From NCBI GenBank assembly GCA_964016885.1, contig OZ024743.1, positions 363,258,001-363,322,000 on the forward strand: 64,000 bases of DNA, in the 5' to 3' direction. The position numbers and the translations under genes are program-made. The first letter of the stretch is position 1, and each line of letters begins with the position of its first letter. Under the pieces are notes generated by a model that had not been told where the DNA came from, made no database searches, and saw only the letters and a list, made by a program, of their open reading frames with translations. Shown here in pieces: positions 13,777 to 28,900 of the stretch. The DNA comes from Eledone cirrhosa (lineage: Eukaryota).

Positions 13777-14175
13777 TCACAAAGTTTATATTGTTCAGAA
13801 GAAAGAAGTTAAACTTCAAGATTTGTTGTCATCATTATTGTCGTTGTCAAAGTTGCAGTGGTTCCAGTTGTATATGTGTGGATTTATTACTTTAAAACAT
13901 CACCGCTATACACAACCACTATCACTACCTCTCACACCACCACCTCACACTATTACCACCATGCCCATTCCGATTTCAGAGGAACTAAAGCGGAAACGCA
14001 TCGTGAAGGGCCACGTGACTATGGTCCGTGTTATGGCTATTGTGTAAAATTCCCTATCTGATAAGGGCCGCATTCATAGCTTTTGTCTATGCGGTCAAGG
14101 CATCTTATTTCGTGCTGTTTTCTAATAACACGCACACACTCATATATATATATATATATATATATTATATCATAT

Positions 14176-14210
<35 letters not shown>

Positions 14211-14768
14211 ATATGTATAATGTATATGAACATTAATATGTATATATGATTATATAGTTTCAAGGGTGATGTAGATGCTGGTATGGAAATGTTGTAAAAG
14301 ACACAAATTAGGGACAAAATCAACGATGGCTGCATATTACTTAAACTACAGCACACTTCAGTGGTTGAGCGGTCGACATGCGACACGACACGCGTCACAG
14401 CAGGGGCCAGAGTAAGACTTTCACAATGACGTCACATGTACAAACCGACAATTATGCTGAACTAAACATGAAAAAAACAGCTTCTTCAAATGCCCGGATG
14501 ATCATCTAAACGATATGATAGTGTGTGTAGTGGTAGTAATAAGGAGGAGCAGCATATAGTTTTGTGTATGATAGTGGTGGCGGCGATGATAGTGGGAAGT
14601 AGAGCTGTATGTGAGGGTAAGGTGATGTTCTGTGAAGTAGACATTTGTGATGAAGGAGGCCAACATCGTTTGGGTTTATTACTACATTTATTATCGTGTT
14701 GCGGAGCTAATGAACAACATGTAGGTCTTACGTGTTTGTGTGTGCTTATATAAACACAAACAGAAATG

Positions 14769-14865
<97 letters not shown>

Positions 14866-14978
14866 GTACCATGCACATTCTTTCTCCTTCTAAAAGACAT
14901 ATACATTCACACAATACAGTGAGGATAACATCCAGAACAACCAATTCCAAAGACTCATTTTCACTTCAGACTAGAATC

Positions 14979-15230
14979 TTTTCATTACGATTAATTGTTT
15001 CTATTTTAGGCACAAGGCCAGCAAATACCCAGTACATTACTGGTACTTTATTTTATCAACCCCGTAAGGATGAAAGGCAAAGTTAACCTCGGCGGGATTT
15101 TTTCATTACGATTAATTGTTTCTATTTTAGGCACAAGGCCAGCAAACACCCAGTAGATTACTGGTACTTTATTTTATCAACCCCGTAAGGATGAAAGGCA
15201 AAGTTAACCTCGGCGGGATTTTTTCATTAG
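14979..15230 (-). mobile_element. Direct tandem duplication (~120 bp x2) of a 3' SINE family A fragment
   Basis: ttttcattacgattaattgtttctattttaggcacaaggcc...cctcggcgggatt occurs twice, nearly identical. Confidence 0.8.
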
Positions 15231-15577
15231 GATTAATATTAATAAGAAAGGTATGAACAATACATACAGTCACCACTAGCCTTTAAATCACACACACACA
15301 CACATATATATATAGAGAGAGAGAGATAGATAGATATGTTTCTTTATTAGCCACAGAGGCACAAAAGAAGGGGACAAATACAAAGGGGGAAGTTTACATA
15401 CAATAAAAACGTGTAAAATACTATCACAAATACAATTTAAAAATTAATCGATTTTCCCCAATAGGGGGAGACATTTCATATGGGTAACACATACCCCGAA
15501 AAAATGTGCAACCCTCATCTCCAGGAGTACGAAGAGTTTGTACCCCTTTCCTCTCTTCCTCTTTTTCCTCAACCTAC

Positions 15578-15632
<55 letters not shown>

Positions 15633-15710
15633 TAGATAGATAGATATCCGTATGTGGTTGATGGCTGAGAGAAAGAAGTACTCAATACCGAAGTAGAGTT
15701 TTAATATTCA

Positions 15711-18700
15711 TTTTATTAAGGCTTAATTAAATGAACATATGTACATATTGGGAGTTACCAGTTAGACTACTAAGACCATATTTTATTAAGACTTAATTAA
15801 ATGAACATATGTACATATTGGGAGTTACCAGTTAGACTACTAAGACCATATTTTATTAAGGCTTAATAAAGTGAACATATGTACATATTGAGAGTTACTA
15901 GTTAGACTACTAAGACCATATTTTATTAAGACTTAATTAAATGAACATATGTACATATTGGGAGTTACCAGTTAGACTACTAACACCATATTTTATTAAG
16001 GCTTAATTAAGTGAACATATGTACATATTGGGAGTTACCAGTTAGACTACTAAGACCATATTTTATTAAGGCTTAATAAAGTGAACATATGTACATATTG
16101 GGAGTTACCAGTTAGACTACTAACACCATATTTTATTAAGACTTAATTAAGTGAACATATGTACATATTGGGAGTTACCAGTTAGACTACTAACACCATA
16201 TTTTATTAAGACTTAATTAAGTGAACATATGTACATATTGGGAGTTACCAGTTAGACTACTAACACCATATTTTATTAAGGCTTAATTAAGTGAACATAT
16301 GTACATATTGGGAGTTACCAGTTAGACTACTAAGACCATATTTTATTAAGGCTTAATAAAGTGAACATATGTACATATTGGGAGTTACCAGTTAGACTAC
16401 TAACACCATATTTTATTAAGGCTTAATAAAGTGAACATATGTACATATTGGGAGTTACCAGTTAGACTACTAAGACCATATTTTATTAAGGCTTAATAAA
16501 GTGAACATATGTACATATTGAGAGTTACCAGACTACTAAGACCATATTTTATTAAGACTTAATTAAATGAACATATGTACATATTGGGAGTTACCAGTTA
16601 GACTACTAACACCATATTTTATTAAGGCTTAATTAAATGAACATATGTACATATTGGGAGTTACCAGTTAGACTACTAACACCATATTTTATTAAGACTT
16701 AATTAAATGAACATATGTACATATTGGGAGTTACCAGTTAGACTACTAAGACCATATTTTATTAAGGCTTAATAAAGTGAACATATGTACATATTGGGAG
16801 TTACCAGTTAGACTACTAACACCATATTTTATTAAGGCTTAATAAAATGAACATATGTACATATTGGGAGTTACCAGTTAGACTACTAAGACCATATTTT
16901 ATTAAGGCTTAATAAAGTGAACATATGTACATATTGGGAGTTACCAGTTAGACTACTAACACCATATTTTATTAAGGCTTAATAAAGTGAACATATGTAC
17001 ATATTGGGAGTTACCAGTTAGACTACTAACACCATATTTTATTAAGACTTAATTAAATGAACATATGTACATATTGGGAGTTACCAGTTAGACTACTAAG
17101 ACCATATTTTATTAAGGCTTAATAAAGTGAACATATGTACATATTGGGAGTTACCAGTTAGACTACTAACACCATATTTTATTAAGGCTTAATAAAATGA
17201 ACATATGTACATATTGGGAGTTACCAGTTAGACTACTAAGACCATATTTTATTAAGGCTTAATAAAGTGAACATATGTACATATTGGGAGTTACCAGTTA
17301 GACTACTAACACCATATTTTATTAAGACTTAATTAAATGAACATATGTACATATTGGGAGTTACCAGTTAGACTACTAAGACCATATTTTATTAAGGCTT
17401 AATAAAGTGAACATATGTACATATTGGGAGTTACCAGTTAGACTACTAACACCATATTTTATTAAGGCTTAATAAAATGAACATATGTACATATTGGGAG
17501 TTACCAGTTAGACTACTAAGACCATATTTTATTAAGGCTTAATAAAGTGAACATATGTACATATTGGGAGTTACCAGTTAGACTACTAACACCATATTTT
17601 ATTAAGACTTAATTAAATGAACATATGTACATATTGGGAGTTACCAGTTAGACTACTAAGACCATATTTTATTAAGGCTTAATAAAGTGAACATATGTAC
17701 ATATTGGGAGTTACCAGTTAGACTACTAACACCATATTTTATTAAGGCTTAATAAAATGAACATATGTACATATTGGGAGTTACCAGTTAGACTACTAAG
17801 ACCATATTTTATTAAGGCTTAATAAAGTGAACATATGTACATATTGGGAGTTACCAGTTAGACTACTAACACCATATTTTATTAAGGCTTAATAAAGTGA
17901 ACATATGTACATATTGGGAGTTACCAGTTAGACTACTAACACCATATTTTATTAAGACTTAATTAAATGAACATATGTACATATTGGGAGTTACCAGTTA
18001 GACTACTAACACCATATTTTATTAAGGCTTAATAAAGTGAACATATGTACATATTGGGAGTTACCAGTTAGACTACTAACACCATATTTTATTAAGGCTT
18101 AATAAAGTGAACATATGTACATATTGGGAGTTACCAGTTAGACTACTAACACCATATTTTATTAAGGCTTAATAAAGTGAACATATGTACATATTGGGAG
18201 TTACCAGTTAGACTACTAACACCATATTTTATTAAGGCTTAATAAAATGAACATATGTACATATTGGGAGTTACCAGTTAGACTACTAAGACCATATTTT
18301 ATTAAGGCTTAATAAAGTGAACATATGTACATATTGGGAGTTACCAGTTAGACTACTAACACCATATTTTATTAAGACTTAATTAAATGAACATATGTAC
18401 ATATTGGGAGTTACCAGTTAGACTACTAAGACCATATTTTATTAAGGCTTAATAAAGTGAACATATGTACATATTGGGAGTTACCAGTTAGACTACTAAC
18501 ACCATATTTTATTAAGGCTTAATAAAATGAACATATGTACATATTGGGAGTTACCAGTTAGACTACTAAGACCATATTTTATTAAGGCTTAATAAAGTGA
18601 ACATATGTACATATTGGGAGTTACCAGTTAGACTACTAACACCATATTTTATTAAGACTTAATTAAATGAACATATGTACATATTGGGAGTTACCAGTTA

Positions 18701-19700
18701 GACTACTAAGACCATATTTTATTAAGGCTTAATAAAGTGAACATATGTACATATTGGGAGTTACCAGTTAGACTACTAACACCATATTTTATTAAGGCTT
18801 AATAAAATGAACATATGTACATATTGGGAGTTACCAGTTAGACTACTAAGACCATATTTTATTAAGGCTTAATAAAGTGAACATATGTACATATTGGGAG
18901 TTACCAGTTAGACTACTAACACCATATTTTATTAAGGCTTAATAAAGTGAACATATGTACATATTGGGAGTTACCAGTTAGACTACTAACACCATATTTT
19001 ATTAAGACTTAATTAAATGAACATATGTACATATTGGGAGTTACCAGTTAGACTACTAACACCATATTTTATTAAGGCTTAATAAAGTGAACATATGTAC
19101 ATATTGGGAGTTACCAGTTAGACTACTAACACCATATTTTATTAAGGCTTAATAAAGTGAACATATGTACATATTGGGAGTTACCAGTTAGACTACTAAC
19201 ACCATATTTTATTAAGGCTTAATAAAGTGAACATATGTACATATTGGGAGTTACCAGTTAGACTACTAACACCATATTTTATTAAGGCTTAATAAAGTGA
19301 ACATATGTACATATTGGGAGTTACCAGTTAGACTACTAACACCATATTTTATTAAGGCTTAATAAAGTGAACATATGTACATATTGGGAGTTACCAGTTA
19401 GACTACTAACACCATATTTTATTAAGACTTAATTAAATGAACATATGTACATATTGGGAGTTACCAGTTAGACTACTAACACCATATTTTATTAAGGCTT
19501 AATAAAGTGAACATATGTACATATTGGGAGTTACCAGTTAGACTACTAAGACCATATTTTATTAAGGCTTAATAAAGTGAACATATGTACATATTGGGAG
19601 TTACCAGTTAGACTACTAACACCATATTTTATTAAGGCTTAATAAAGTGAACATATCTACATATTGAGAGTTACCAGTTAGACTACTAACACCATATTTT
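15711..19700. repeat. 70-bp tandem satellite, 57 units
   Basis: Unit is ttttattaaggcttaataaagtgaacatatgtacatattgggagttaccagttagactactaacaccata. There are 11 units, then one 66-bp unit (gtta deleted near 16530), then 45 units. There are no spacers. Confidence 0.97.
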
Positions 19701-19729
19701 AATCAGGGGCGCCAAACATTGTCAGATAT

Positions 19730-20200
19730 TTCAGGGTTACTGAAAACAACAATATTGTTTCTGCAGTATCTTACCCATGGTATTAGCATTATCTTGTAGA
19801 GTGCCATTTTCATCAATCAGAAGGCTAACAGTGGGGCCAGTGGCCATTTGTTTTTTTTTGTTTTCTTTTTCGTAAATGGAAAGAACACTTTGGGATTGAG
19901 TTTGATTTTCTCAATGGCCCATTCCCCCTCAGTTGTTCATTGGTTATTGATGTTTGTCTTCATGCATTGTGGGAGATATTTCTTTGATTCGAACAGTGCA
20001 TTAACAGTCGAATGTGTATGTTGCTGTTAGAAGTATTTAAGTTTGTTGAATTTTTGCTTGTTTTTTTCTGATAATACTTTTTCTATTTTGGTGGTTCTGT
20101 ATTTATTTTTCTTCACAGATCTTGATGGGGTATGATTTGCACATATGTTTATAATAGTGTCTAGAAATATCTCCTAGGATGTTTTGATGTTGGTGAAGAT
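19730..20200 (-). mobile_element. CR1/L2-like LINE ORF2 fragment (EN-RT linker)
   Basis: Minus-strand translation EWAIEKIKLNPKVFFPFTKKK...LLIDENGTLQDNANTMGKILQKQY/VFSNP resembles the NPKxF...L.xQY.SVFS linker of CR1-group LINEs. Confidence 0.55.
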
Positions 20201-20576
20201 GTGTGCGTGTAGGAAATGAAAACCCAGTTAAAATATGATTGTCCGTTATTGATTGCATTCAGTCGGCATATGTATATGTATATGTATATGTATATATATA
20301 TATGTAAATAAACTTCTATTTTGCACCCAATTCCGTATAATTAACTATTTGTCTAGTCAATTTATACAGGCTAGAAGAAATAATTAAGTAAGTGTCATAT
20401 GGCTGTCCATCGCGGAAAAGAATCTGTATCATTTGTTATATTTCCTCATAAGTACATTTAAAACTTGTAGCCTCGTTTAAATGATTTTTTATGTGGTTGA
20501 TTTATACTGATTGGGAGAGGAAATACTGTATATATTTTATCTAATGATTCTTTGGACTTACATTTTTATGTATGTA

Positions 20577-20631
<55 letters not shown>

Positions 20632-20635
<4 letters not shown>

Positions 20636-21067
20636 GTAGGAGGTGAGTTTTATTGTAGTACAATAAAGCAATGCAGATATCGGATAAGAAGCACTCTACA
20701 GTTTGTGGGACTGGAGTATGCATAATATAAGATCAAAAGATGGTTAAAGGAGTTCAATATATTTTATTATGCGCATTTCAAAAACAAACATCATCAAACA
20801 ATAATATTTGTGTTTTCATCAGATAAAACAGGAGAACATGATATGAAGGCTAAAAAAACACTTGTTGATAGTGCAGTTTTAAATCAACATATCATAATGA
20901 TATGTTGATTTAAAACTGCACTATCAACAAGTGTTTTTTTAGCCTTCATATCATGTTCTCCTGTTTTATCTGATGAAAACACAAATATTATTGTTTGATG
21001 ATGTTTGTTTTTGAAATGCGCATAATAAAATATATTGAACTCCTTTAACCATCTTTTGATCTTATAT

Positions 21068-21068
<1 letters not shown>
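20632..21068. mobile_element. Palindromic hammerhead-bearing non-autonomous element (family H1) between (TA)n tracts
   Basis: Near-perfect inverted repeat with arms at ~20724-20894 and ~20897-21068. Sibling copies are at 48677-49100 (also palindromic) and 27567-27740 (single arm). Confidence 0.85.
20964..21030 (+). ncRNA. Type-I hammerhead ribozyme (mirror copy on the minus strand at 20762-20828)
   Basis: ttttat-CTGATGA-[~16-bp stem II aaacacaaatattatt/gatgatgtttgttttt]-GAAA-tgcgca-TA-ataaaa. Stem I is a perfect 6 bp and stem III is the palindrome ATGCGCAT. Confidence 0.8.
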
Positions 21069-21106
<38 letters not shown>

Positions 21107-21216
21107 ACATATACGTTTATATATGTATGTATAAATCATGATAGAAAAAGTTTAAAAGTAATTAGACCATACCATACTCTACTAATTTGCTTAATAGAGT
21201 ATGGCGATATTATACG

Positions 21217-21267
<51 letters not shown>

Positions 21268-22030
21268 ATGCATACATATATGTATGCACACATGCATATA
21301 TGTACATATATATATATACATATATATACATAATACACATGTATATATATATATGTATATATGTATATATATATGTGTGTGTGTGTGTGTATAAAAGTAT
21401 AAGTGTGAAGAGGATACAGACAAAATTTACCTAATTTTTCCTCGTAGTCCAGAAGGAATTAACTAAATAAACAATCAATTGATCCGAGCTAAATACAATT
21501 ATAGATATGTATGTATCCTGTATAATTTGTTATATATACAGGACTAGCGTCCGAAACGTTAAGACACTCTTCCTGTTATATCAAGCGTTAACCTAATATA
21601 TCCCTTCCATATACTGTACCGATCGTGTTGTTATTTCTGTTTACCTTTTACATACATATATATAAACAAACATAAATTATCGAGATTCGCATTTCGGCCA
21701 CGAAATAACGAAAAACAACCTCCGAGATGTGCGGCAAGTTCTCAATGATTCAGATGAACCAGAGCTATAACAAACATTAAAGGCCAAACACACTGAGACG
21801 ATGGTTAAACAATCATTCGCATAGCCAAATATATTTATTATATATATATGTATGTATATATTTGTTATATATATATATATATATATATATAATAATAATT
21901 TTTTGGAAGAAACAAGGAGCTGTGTGGTTACTTGATAAAGTGTATTTAAAAATTAGAGGAAAACACAAACGTGTGACAATCCCACCATCAGTTGTCTGCT
22001 GGAGATCACACACACACACACACACATACA

Positions 22031-22070
<40 letters not shown>

Positions 22071-22072
22071 GT

Positions 22073-22262
22073 AATAATTGTTTCTACTTTAGGCACAAGG
22101 CCAGCAATTACCCAGTGCATTACTGGTACTTTATTTTATCGACCTCGTAAGGATGAAAGGCAAAGTCAACCTCGGCGGGATTTGAACTCAGATCGTAAAG
22201 GGACTTAACTATGCTGGAAAGCATGGCGTCCGACCCTCTACCGATACTGCCAATCCACTGCC
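22073..22262 (-). mobile_element. SINE family A full copy
   Basis: Reverse complement of the family consensus from head (ggcagtggattggcagtatcgg) to tail. Confidence 0.85.
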
Positions 22263-22367
22263 CTTGTATATACATAGTAATAATAATACATGTGAAGACT
22301 AAAATCCGAAGAGGGCTCGATAAAGATTATATATATATAAGTATATATAAAAACCGTAGAACAAATA

Positions 22368-22516
22368 TTTATTAAAATAAAAGATTAAAGTTTAGCAAAG
22401 AATTGCTGCTTTCACCCTTAACGGGATATTCTGAAAGATATTCTGAAAGATCTGCAGAAGATCCCGTTAAGGGTGAAAGTAGCAATTCTTTTTAAACTTT
22501 GCTTAAACTTAATAAA
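22368..22516. mobile_element. Head-to-head pair of the last ~70 bp of the Naiad PLE, in TA-rich context
   Basis: Left arm gcaaagaattgctgctttcacccttaacgggat and right arm cagaagatcccgttaagggtgaaagtagcaattcttt both match 58244-58310. Confidence 0.8.
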
Positions 22517-22537
22517 TATATATACACATATATATAT

Positions 22538-22583
<46 letters not shown>

Positions 22584-22659
22584 ATATATGTATAATTGTT
22601 TCTACTTTTGGCACAAGGCCAGCAATTATCCAGTACATTACTAGTATTTTATTTTATCG

Positions 22660-22745
<86 letters not shown>

Positions 22746-22762
22746 GTATATATATATATATA

Positions 22763-23158
22763 TATTGGTAAACGGAATAGAAAATGCTGACAAATTGTTC
22801 ACAGTTGAAAAATGGTTTAATTAGGAATAAAAGAGTATTAGTGATTGTATGGGTTAGTATTCAGTTGTGGTTTTAAGTTTTTAAGCTTTTACCGGTTGCG
22901 CATTTCTAAATGCTTTTCAAAAATAATTTTGAGATAGAGAGTCCGTGCTGTTTGCAGATCAGAGCAAACAGCACGGACACTCTATCTCAAAATTATTTTT
23001 GAAAAGCATTTAGAAATGCGCAACCGGTAAAAACTTAAAAACTTAAAACCACAACTGAATACTAACCCATACAATCACTAATACTCTTTTATTCCTAATT
23101 AAACCATTTTTCAACTGTGAACAATTTGTCAGCATTTTCTATTCCGTTTACCAATATA
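22763..23158. repeat. ~395-bp near-perfect palindrome starting in (TA)n (family H2); further copy at 24187-24560 and fragment at 23590-23620
   Basis: The arm ttggtaaacggaatagaaaatgctgacaaa...gtccgtgctgtttgc and its reverse complement, centred near 22960. Confidence 0.9.
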
Positions 23159-23189
23159 TAATAACTTGTGTGTTACACCTCTATTCTTT

Positions 23190-23809
<620 letters not shown>

Positions 23810-23810
<1 letters not shown>

Positions 23811-23997
23811 AACGAAGGAAATGTGGTAAGGAACCAGGTGGACCATAACGCAGCAAAGTACTCAATACTTAGGGTAGTAGAGTGGGTAATAGGAACGAGT
23901 AGGACCCCGATGGCTGAGCTCAAGCCGTTTCGACGTTTAGTCCAGAATTAGCCGTCGAAACGGCTTGATCTCAGCCGTCGGGGTCCTACTCGTTCCT
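23810..23997. mobile_element. Short (TA)n-embedded element, family H3, with an inverted partial copy; siblings at 42088-42231, 46698-46839 and 62631-62850
   Basis: aacgaaggaaatgtggtaaggaaccag...aagtactcaatactt...ctcaagccgtttcgacg is followed by an inverted segment. All four copies abut (TA)n. Confidence 0.85.
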
Positions 23998-24155
23998 ATA
24001 TATATATATATATATATGGCAAAATGTGTGAGATCCTTGGTACAGTTAGGTATATTTGAAAAAAAGGAAAAGAATGACTTCACATGTAGTGTTAACAAAT
24101 TTTAAGATTTAATGTTATAATATAATACTATAATATTATGAGTTGCTAGATAGTT

Positions 24156-24191
<36 letters not shown>

Positions 24192-24607
24192 TAAACGGAA
24201 TAGAAAATGCTGACAAATTGTTCACAGTTGAAAAATGGTTTAATTAGGAATAAAAGAGTATTAGTGATTGTATGGGTTAGTATTCAGTTGTGGTTTTAAG
24301 TTTTTAAGTTTTTACCGGTTGCGCATTTCTAAATGCTTTTCAAAAATAATTTTGAGATAGAGTGTCCGTGCTGTTTGCTCTGATCTGATTAGTTTTGGGA
24401 ATTCTACCTGTTTTTATGTTAAAAAAATGGCTCCAGCGTTATTTTTGTGTTGCAAAAATGCTTGTGGTCAAAACAATTTTGATTGGTCGCTAGAGGTCAT
24501 GTGAATGTAAAAAGTTGATTTTGCGCCAAGACTGTTTTTATGTTAAAATGTTAGAAAAGTGGCTTGATATATATATATATATATATATCAAGTAAGGATA
24601 TTTTCGA

Positions 24608-24652
<45 letters not shown>

Positions 24653-24857
24653 ATGTATATATGTATGTATGTATGTACGTTCCTTACTTAAAAAAAGTTT
24701 CGACCACATTTCAATATATATATATATATTGAAATGTGGTCGAAACTTATATATATAAGTAAGAGACTATTTTGAGTTCCTAACTCAATATATACCTTTG
24801 ATATATATATATATGTATATATATATATACATATATATATACACACATATATATATA

Positions 24858-25661
24858 TCTGTATGTGTGTGTATGTCTGTGTGTCTGTATTACCTATAGG
24901 GACCTACATCTTACGAACGATTTTGATGAAACTTTACAGGCTCATTGATTAGTCATCGGGGAGTGTTTTCTATATATCAGCGTATCGTTTTTTTTTTATT
25001 CCGGGGTCATTCTGCAGATAAATATCGATAGGGGCGACGGGGGGTCACTTTTTTTTAGGTATCGAAAAATAAGATTTTAGGCTCTACCTCCCACATTTTG
25101 CCACCGATTTCGTTCAAATTTTAAAGCAAAATAGAAGTTATCCTTGCACATCATGTAATGGCTTTATATTTTGCATTTGTTGTTCAGGGACATCGTGGCA
25201 GCCGCTTAAATATTCAAAAAATACCACTTTAATACTCAAATTTTCACTTTTTCGGCTCTAGCTCCCACATAAATCAACCTACTTTGTTCAAATTTTACAG
25301 TACACTAGATCTGATTATTTCACGTCTTAAAGTGGCTTTACATTTGGGAATTTTTGTTCACGAACGGCGTGGCAGCCGCTTAAATATTCGAAAATACCAC
25401 CTTTTCGCTCAAATTTCCGCCTTTTCGGCTCTAGCTCCCACATTTTTCAACCGATTTCGTTCAAATTCGAAACTCCCTCCACAGCATGCCCCTTTGTCAG
25501 TCACCCGCGTTTCTCAGTGATAGAGGTCATCACCACCCTCCCCCGCATGGCCTGTGTGTGGCCATCGATGAGTCATCGAGAAGCAGTCGCTAAGATCAAC
25601 ACCTTTTCATCAAAGCAAATATTATTTTACCTTCCCAGGCAACGCTGGGTACTGCTGCTAG
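24858..25661 (+). mobile_element. Non-autonomous Helitron-like element
   Basis: The 3' end has hairpin cccag-gcaacg-ctggg (25634-25649), 8 nt before CTAG (25658-25661), followed by T. Three internal ~175-bp repeats (ggctcta.ctcccacat...gttcaaatt) are present. The 5' end is uncertain. Confidence 0.6.
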
Positions 25662-25677
25662 TATATATATATATATA

Positions 25678-25997
25678 TTTGAAAAAAAGGAAAATAATTA
25701 CTTCAATTGTAGTGTTAAAAAATGTTATGATTTAATGTTATTATATAATATTATAATATTATGAGTTGCTAGATCCAGTAAGTTCTTTGTTAACTTCGGT
25801 GGGAATAATTTTAGAGTTTCCTGGTTAACTTGGGCTGGAGAACTTTCTCGCATTCGTCTGTCTGTGGCGATTGTCACGAAGTTAACAAAGAACTTACTGG
25901 ATCTACCAACTCATAACATTATAATATTATATTATAAGATTAAATCATAACATTTTTTAACACTACAAGTGAAGTCATTCTTTTCCTCTTTTTCAAA
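25678..25997. repeat. Inverted repeat (~120-bp arms, ~75-bp spacer) bounded by (TA)n; single arms at ~24055-24150 and ~29995-30060
   Basis: gaaaaaaagg...gatccagtaagttctttgttaacttcg pairs with cgaagttaacaaagaacttactggatc...cctctttttc. Confidence 0.85.
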
Positions 25998-26028
25998 TAT
26001 ATATATATATGTATATAAATATATATGT

Positions 26029-26097
<69 letters not shown>

Positions 26098-26180
26098 TAT
26101 TTATATATATATATATATATTGAAATGTGCTTGAAACTTTTTTTAAGTAAGGAACGTACATACATACATACAAATATACA

Positions 26181-26218
<38 letters not shown>

Positions 26219-26292
26219 CCACACATCTCGGAGGTTGTTTTTCGTTATTTCGTGGCCGAAATGCGATTCTCGATAATTTTTGTTTGTTTTTA

Positions 26293-26330
<38 letters not shown>

Positions 26331-26334
26331 AATT

Positions 26335-26975
<641 letters not shown>

Positions 26976-27242
26976 GTATCCACTGTAAGTTGTGGGGTCT
27001 ATTCTTTATGAAGAACTCAATGTAATCCATATATTGAAAATGTTGTAGGTTAAGATAGATCTCAGAAAACAATAAACAGCTGGTGATATGCATGTAAGTA
27101 AATATTCTCTCTATCTGATAGTTTGTAAACTTACATAGATCAATAACTGAGTATAGATACAATGTATTATCACCATCTAGAAACGATCGTAAAGCAGTGA
27201 AGTATATCTCCAATGACTTGATTTTTTATTTCATTGTTTTAA

Positions 27243-27317
<75 letters not shown>

Positions 27318-27972
27318 AAATTACCTCACTGATAATCCGTTTCAAAACATCTAATTTCGCAGTTATTTGGTGAAATGTATTCTGATTTTGTGGAGAATAC
27401 ATATGAGGGAAATATATTTGATCGTTATCAGGTATTTTGTTTTAAACTTTTTATTAAATTTAATAAGATACTCAACGAATTATGTAGTCTTACTTTCAGT
27501 GTAGATTGTCTCTAGTTCTGTGTATGAATATATTTAAACCACTTTCTTATAATGATATATATATATAAGAAGAAATTAAAAGATGGTTAAAAAAGTTCCA
27601 TGTATTTTATTATGCGCATTTCAAAAACAAATATCATCCTGGGATGATATTTGCGTTCTCATCAGATAAAATAGGGAGACATGATATGAAGCTTAAAAAA
27701 AAAAACACTTGTGAGCAAGGTAGTGTTTAATCAACATATATATATATATATATTTGTGTGTGTATGTGTGTGTGAGTATACGCGTGCACGGGAGTATGTG
27801 CATATGTCCTTGTCTCTTAATATGTATGAACGTATGTATGAATGGTTACAGGAATGGATGAGCATATAGATGGTTGCACACATAAACACACACATAGCTA
27901 TCTATCTAAATATATATATATATACACACACGCACATATATATATGTATGAATCTATGTATGTATTTGTGTA

Positions 27973-28041
<69 letters not shown>

Positions 28042-28182
28042 GGGGTTGTTTGTGTGTGTATAGTGCATTGGTGTTTCACTAGCTTTTAGCACCAAATGCT
28101 AAAATTGGGTCCAGATAATGATGTGGGATTCCACGTTTGGTATTTCACCATAGGTGTATCCTTAAGAAGCAATGTGTTAATA

Positions 28183-28691
28183 ATTATTTCTACTTTTAAG
28201 CAGAAGGCCAGCAATCACTCAGTGCATTACTGGTATTTTATTTTATCGATCCCGTATGTAATTGTAGTAATACTATAAACTGCAGTAAATGGCCTTCCTG
28301 AACCTGTCCGTTGGCCGATAATATAACTGTTTCTACATTTCACACAAGGCCCAATGAAGGGAAGGAAAAAGTCGATTAAATCGACCCCTGTGCGTTTCTG
28401 GTTCTTATCCGTAAGGATGAAAGGCAAAGCTAACATTGGTGGGATTTGAAACTCAGAACGTAAAGAGCCGTAACTCTATGCTGCAAAGCATGTTGTCCGA
28501 CGCTCTACCGATTCTGCCAACTGCCAGGCAGACAAGCTAAAAGGTAATATAAAAATATAATAATGTCGGCGACATGTCGGATTGAGAAATGGCCGATATG
28601 CTCTGTTTAGTTTTGTTCTAGTAGATATTATTTTTTATGCTGGCCTGTGTAAAGATTTATTTCACATTGAGGTCTCAAATACATGTAGTAA

Positions 28692-28726
<35 letters not shown>

Positions 28727-28900
28727 TGTTTCTACTTTTTGGCACAAGGCCAGCAAATTACCCAGTACATTACTGGTACTTTATTTTATCGACCCCGTGT
28801 GGATGAAAGGCAAAGTTAACCTCGGCAGGATTTGAACTCAGACTGTAAAAGGCTGTAACTATGCTGGAAAGCATGTCCGACCCTCTACCAATACTGCAAA
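28183..28900 (-). mobile_element. Cluster of SINE family A copies or fragments (28183-28255, 28328-28520, 28725-28900)
   Basis: Reverse-complement matches to the core (ggatgaaaggcaaag...ggatttgaactcag) and tail. Confidence 0.75.

Noticed and set aside
15711-19700. Possible CRISPR-like array
   Set aside because: The units are contiguous near-identical 70-mers with no unique spacers and no cas genes, in a eukaryotic context.
22860-23060. Hammerhead in family H2 (GAAAtgcgca present)
   Set aside because: There is no upstream CTGANGA or stem I in any of the three copies.
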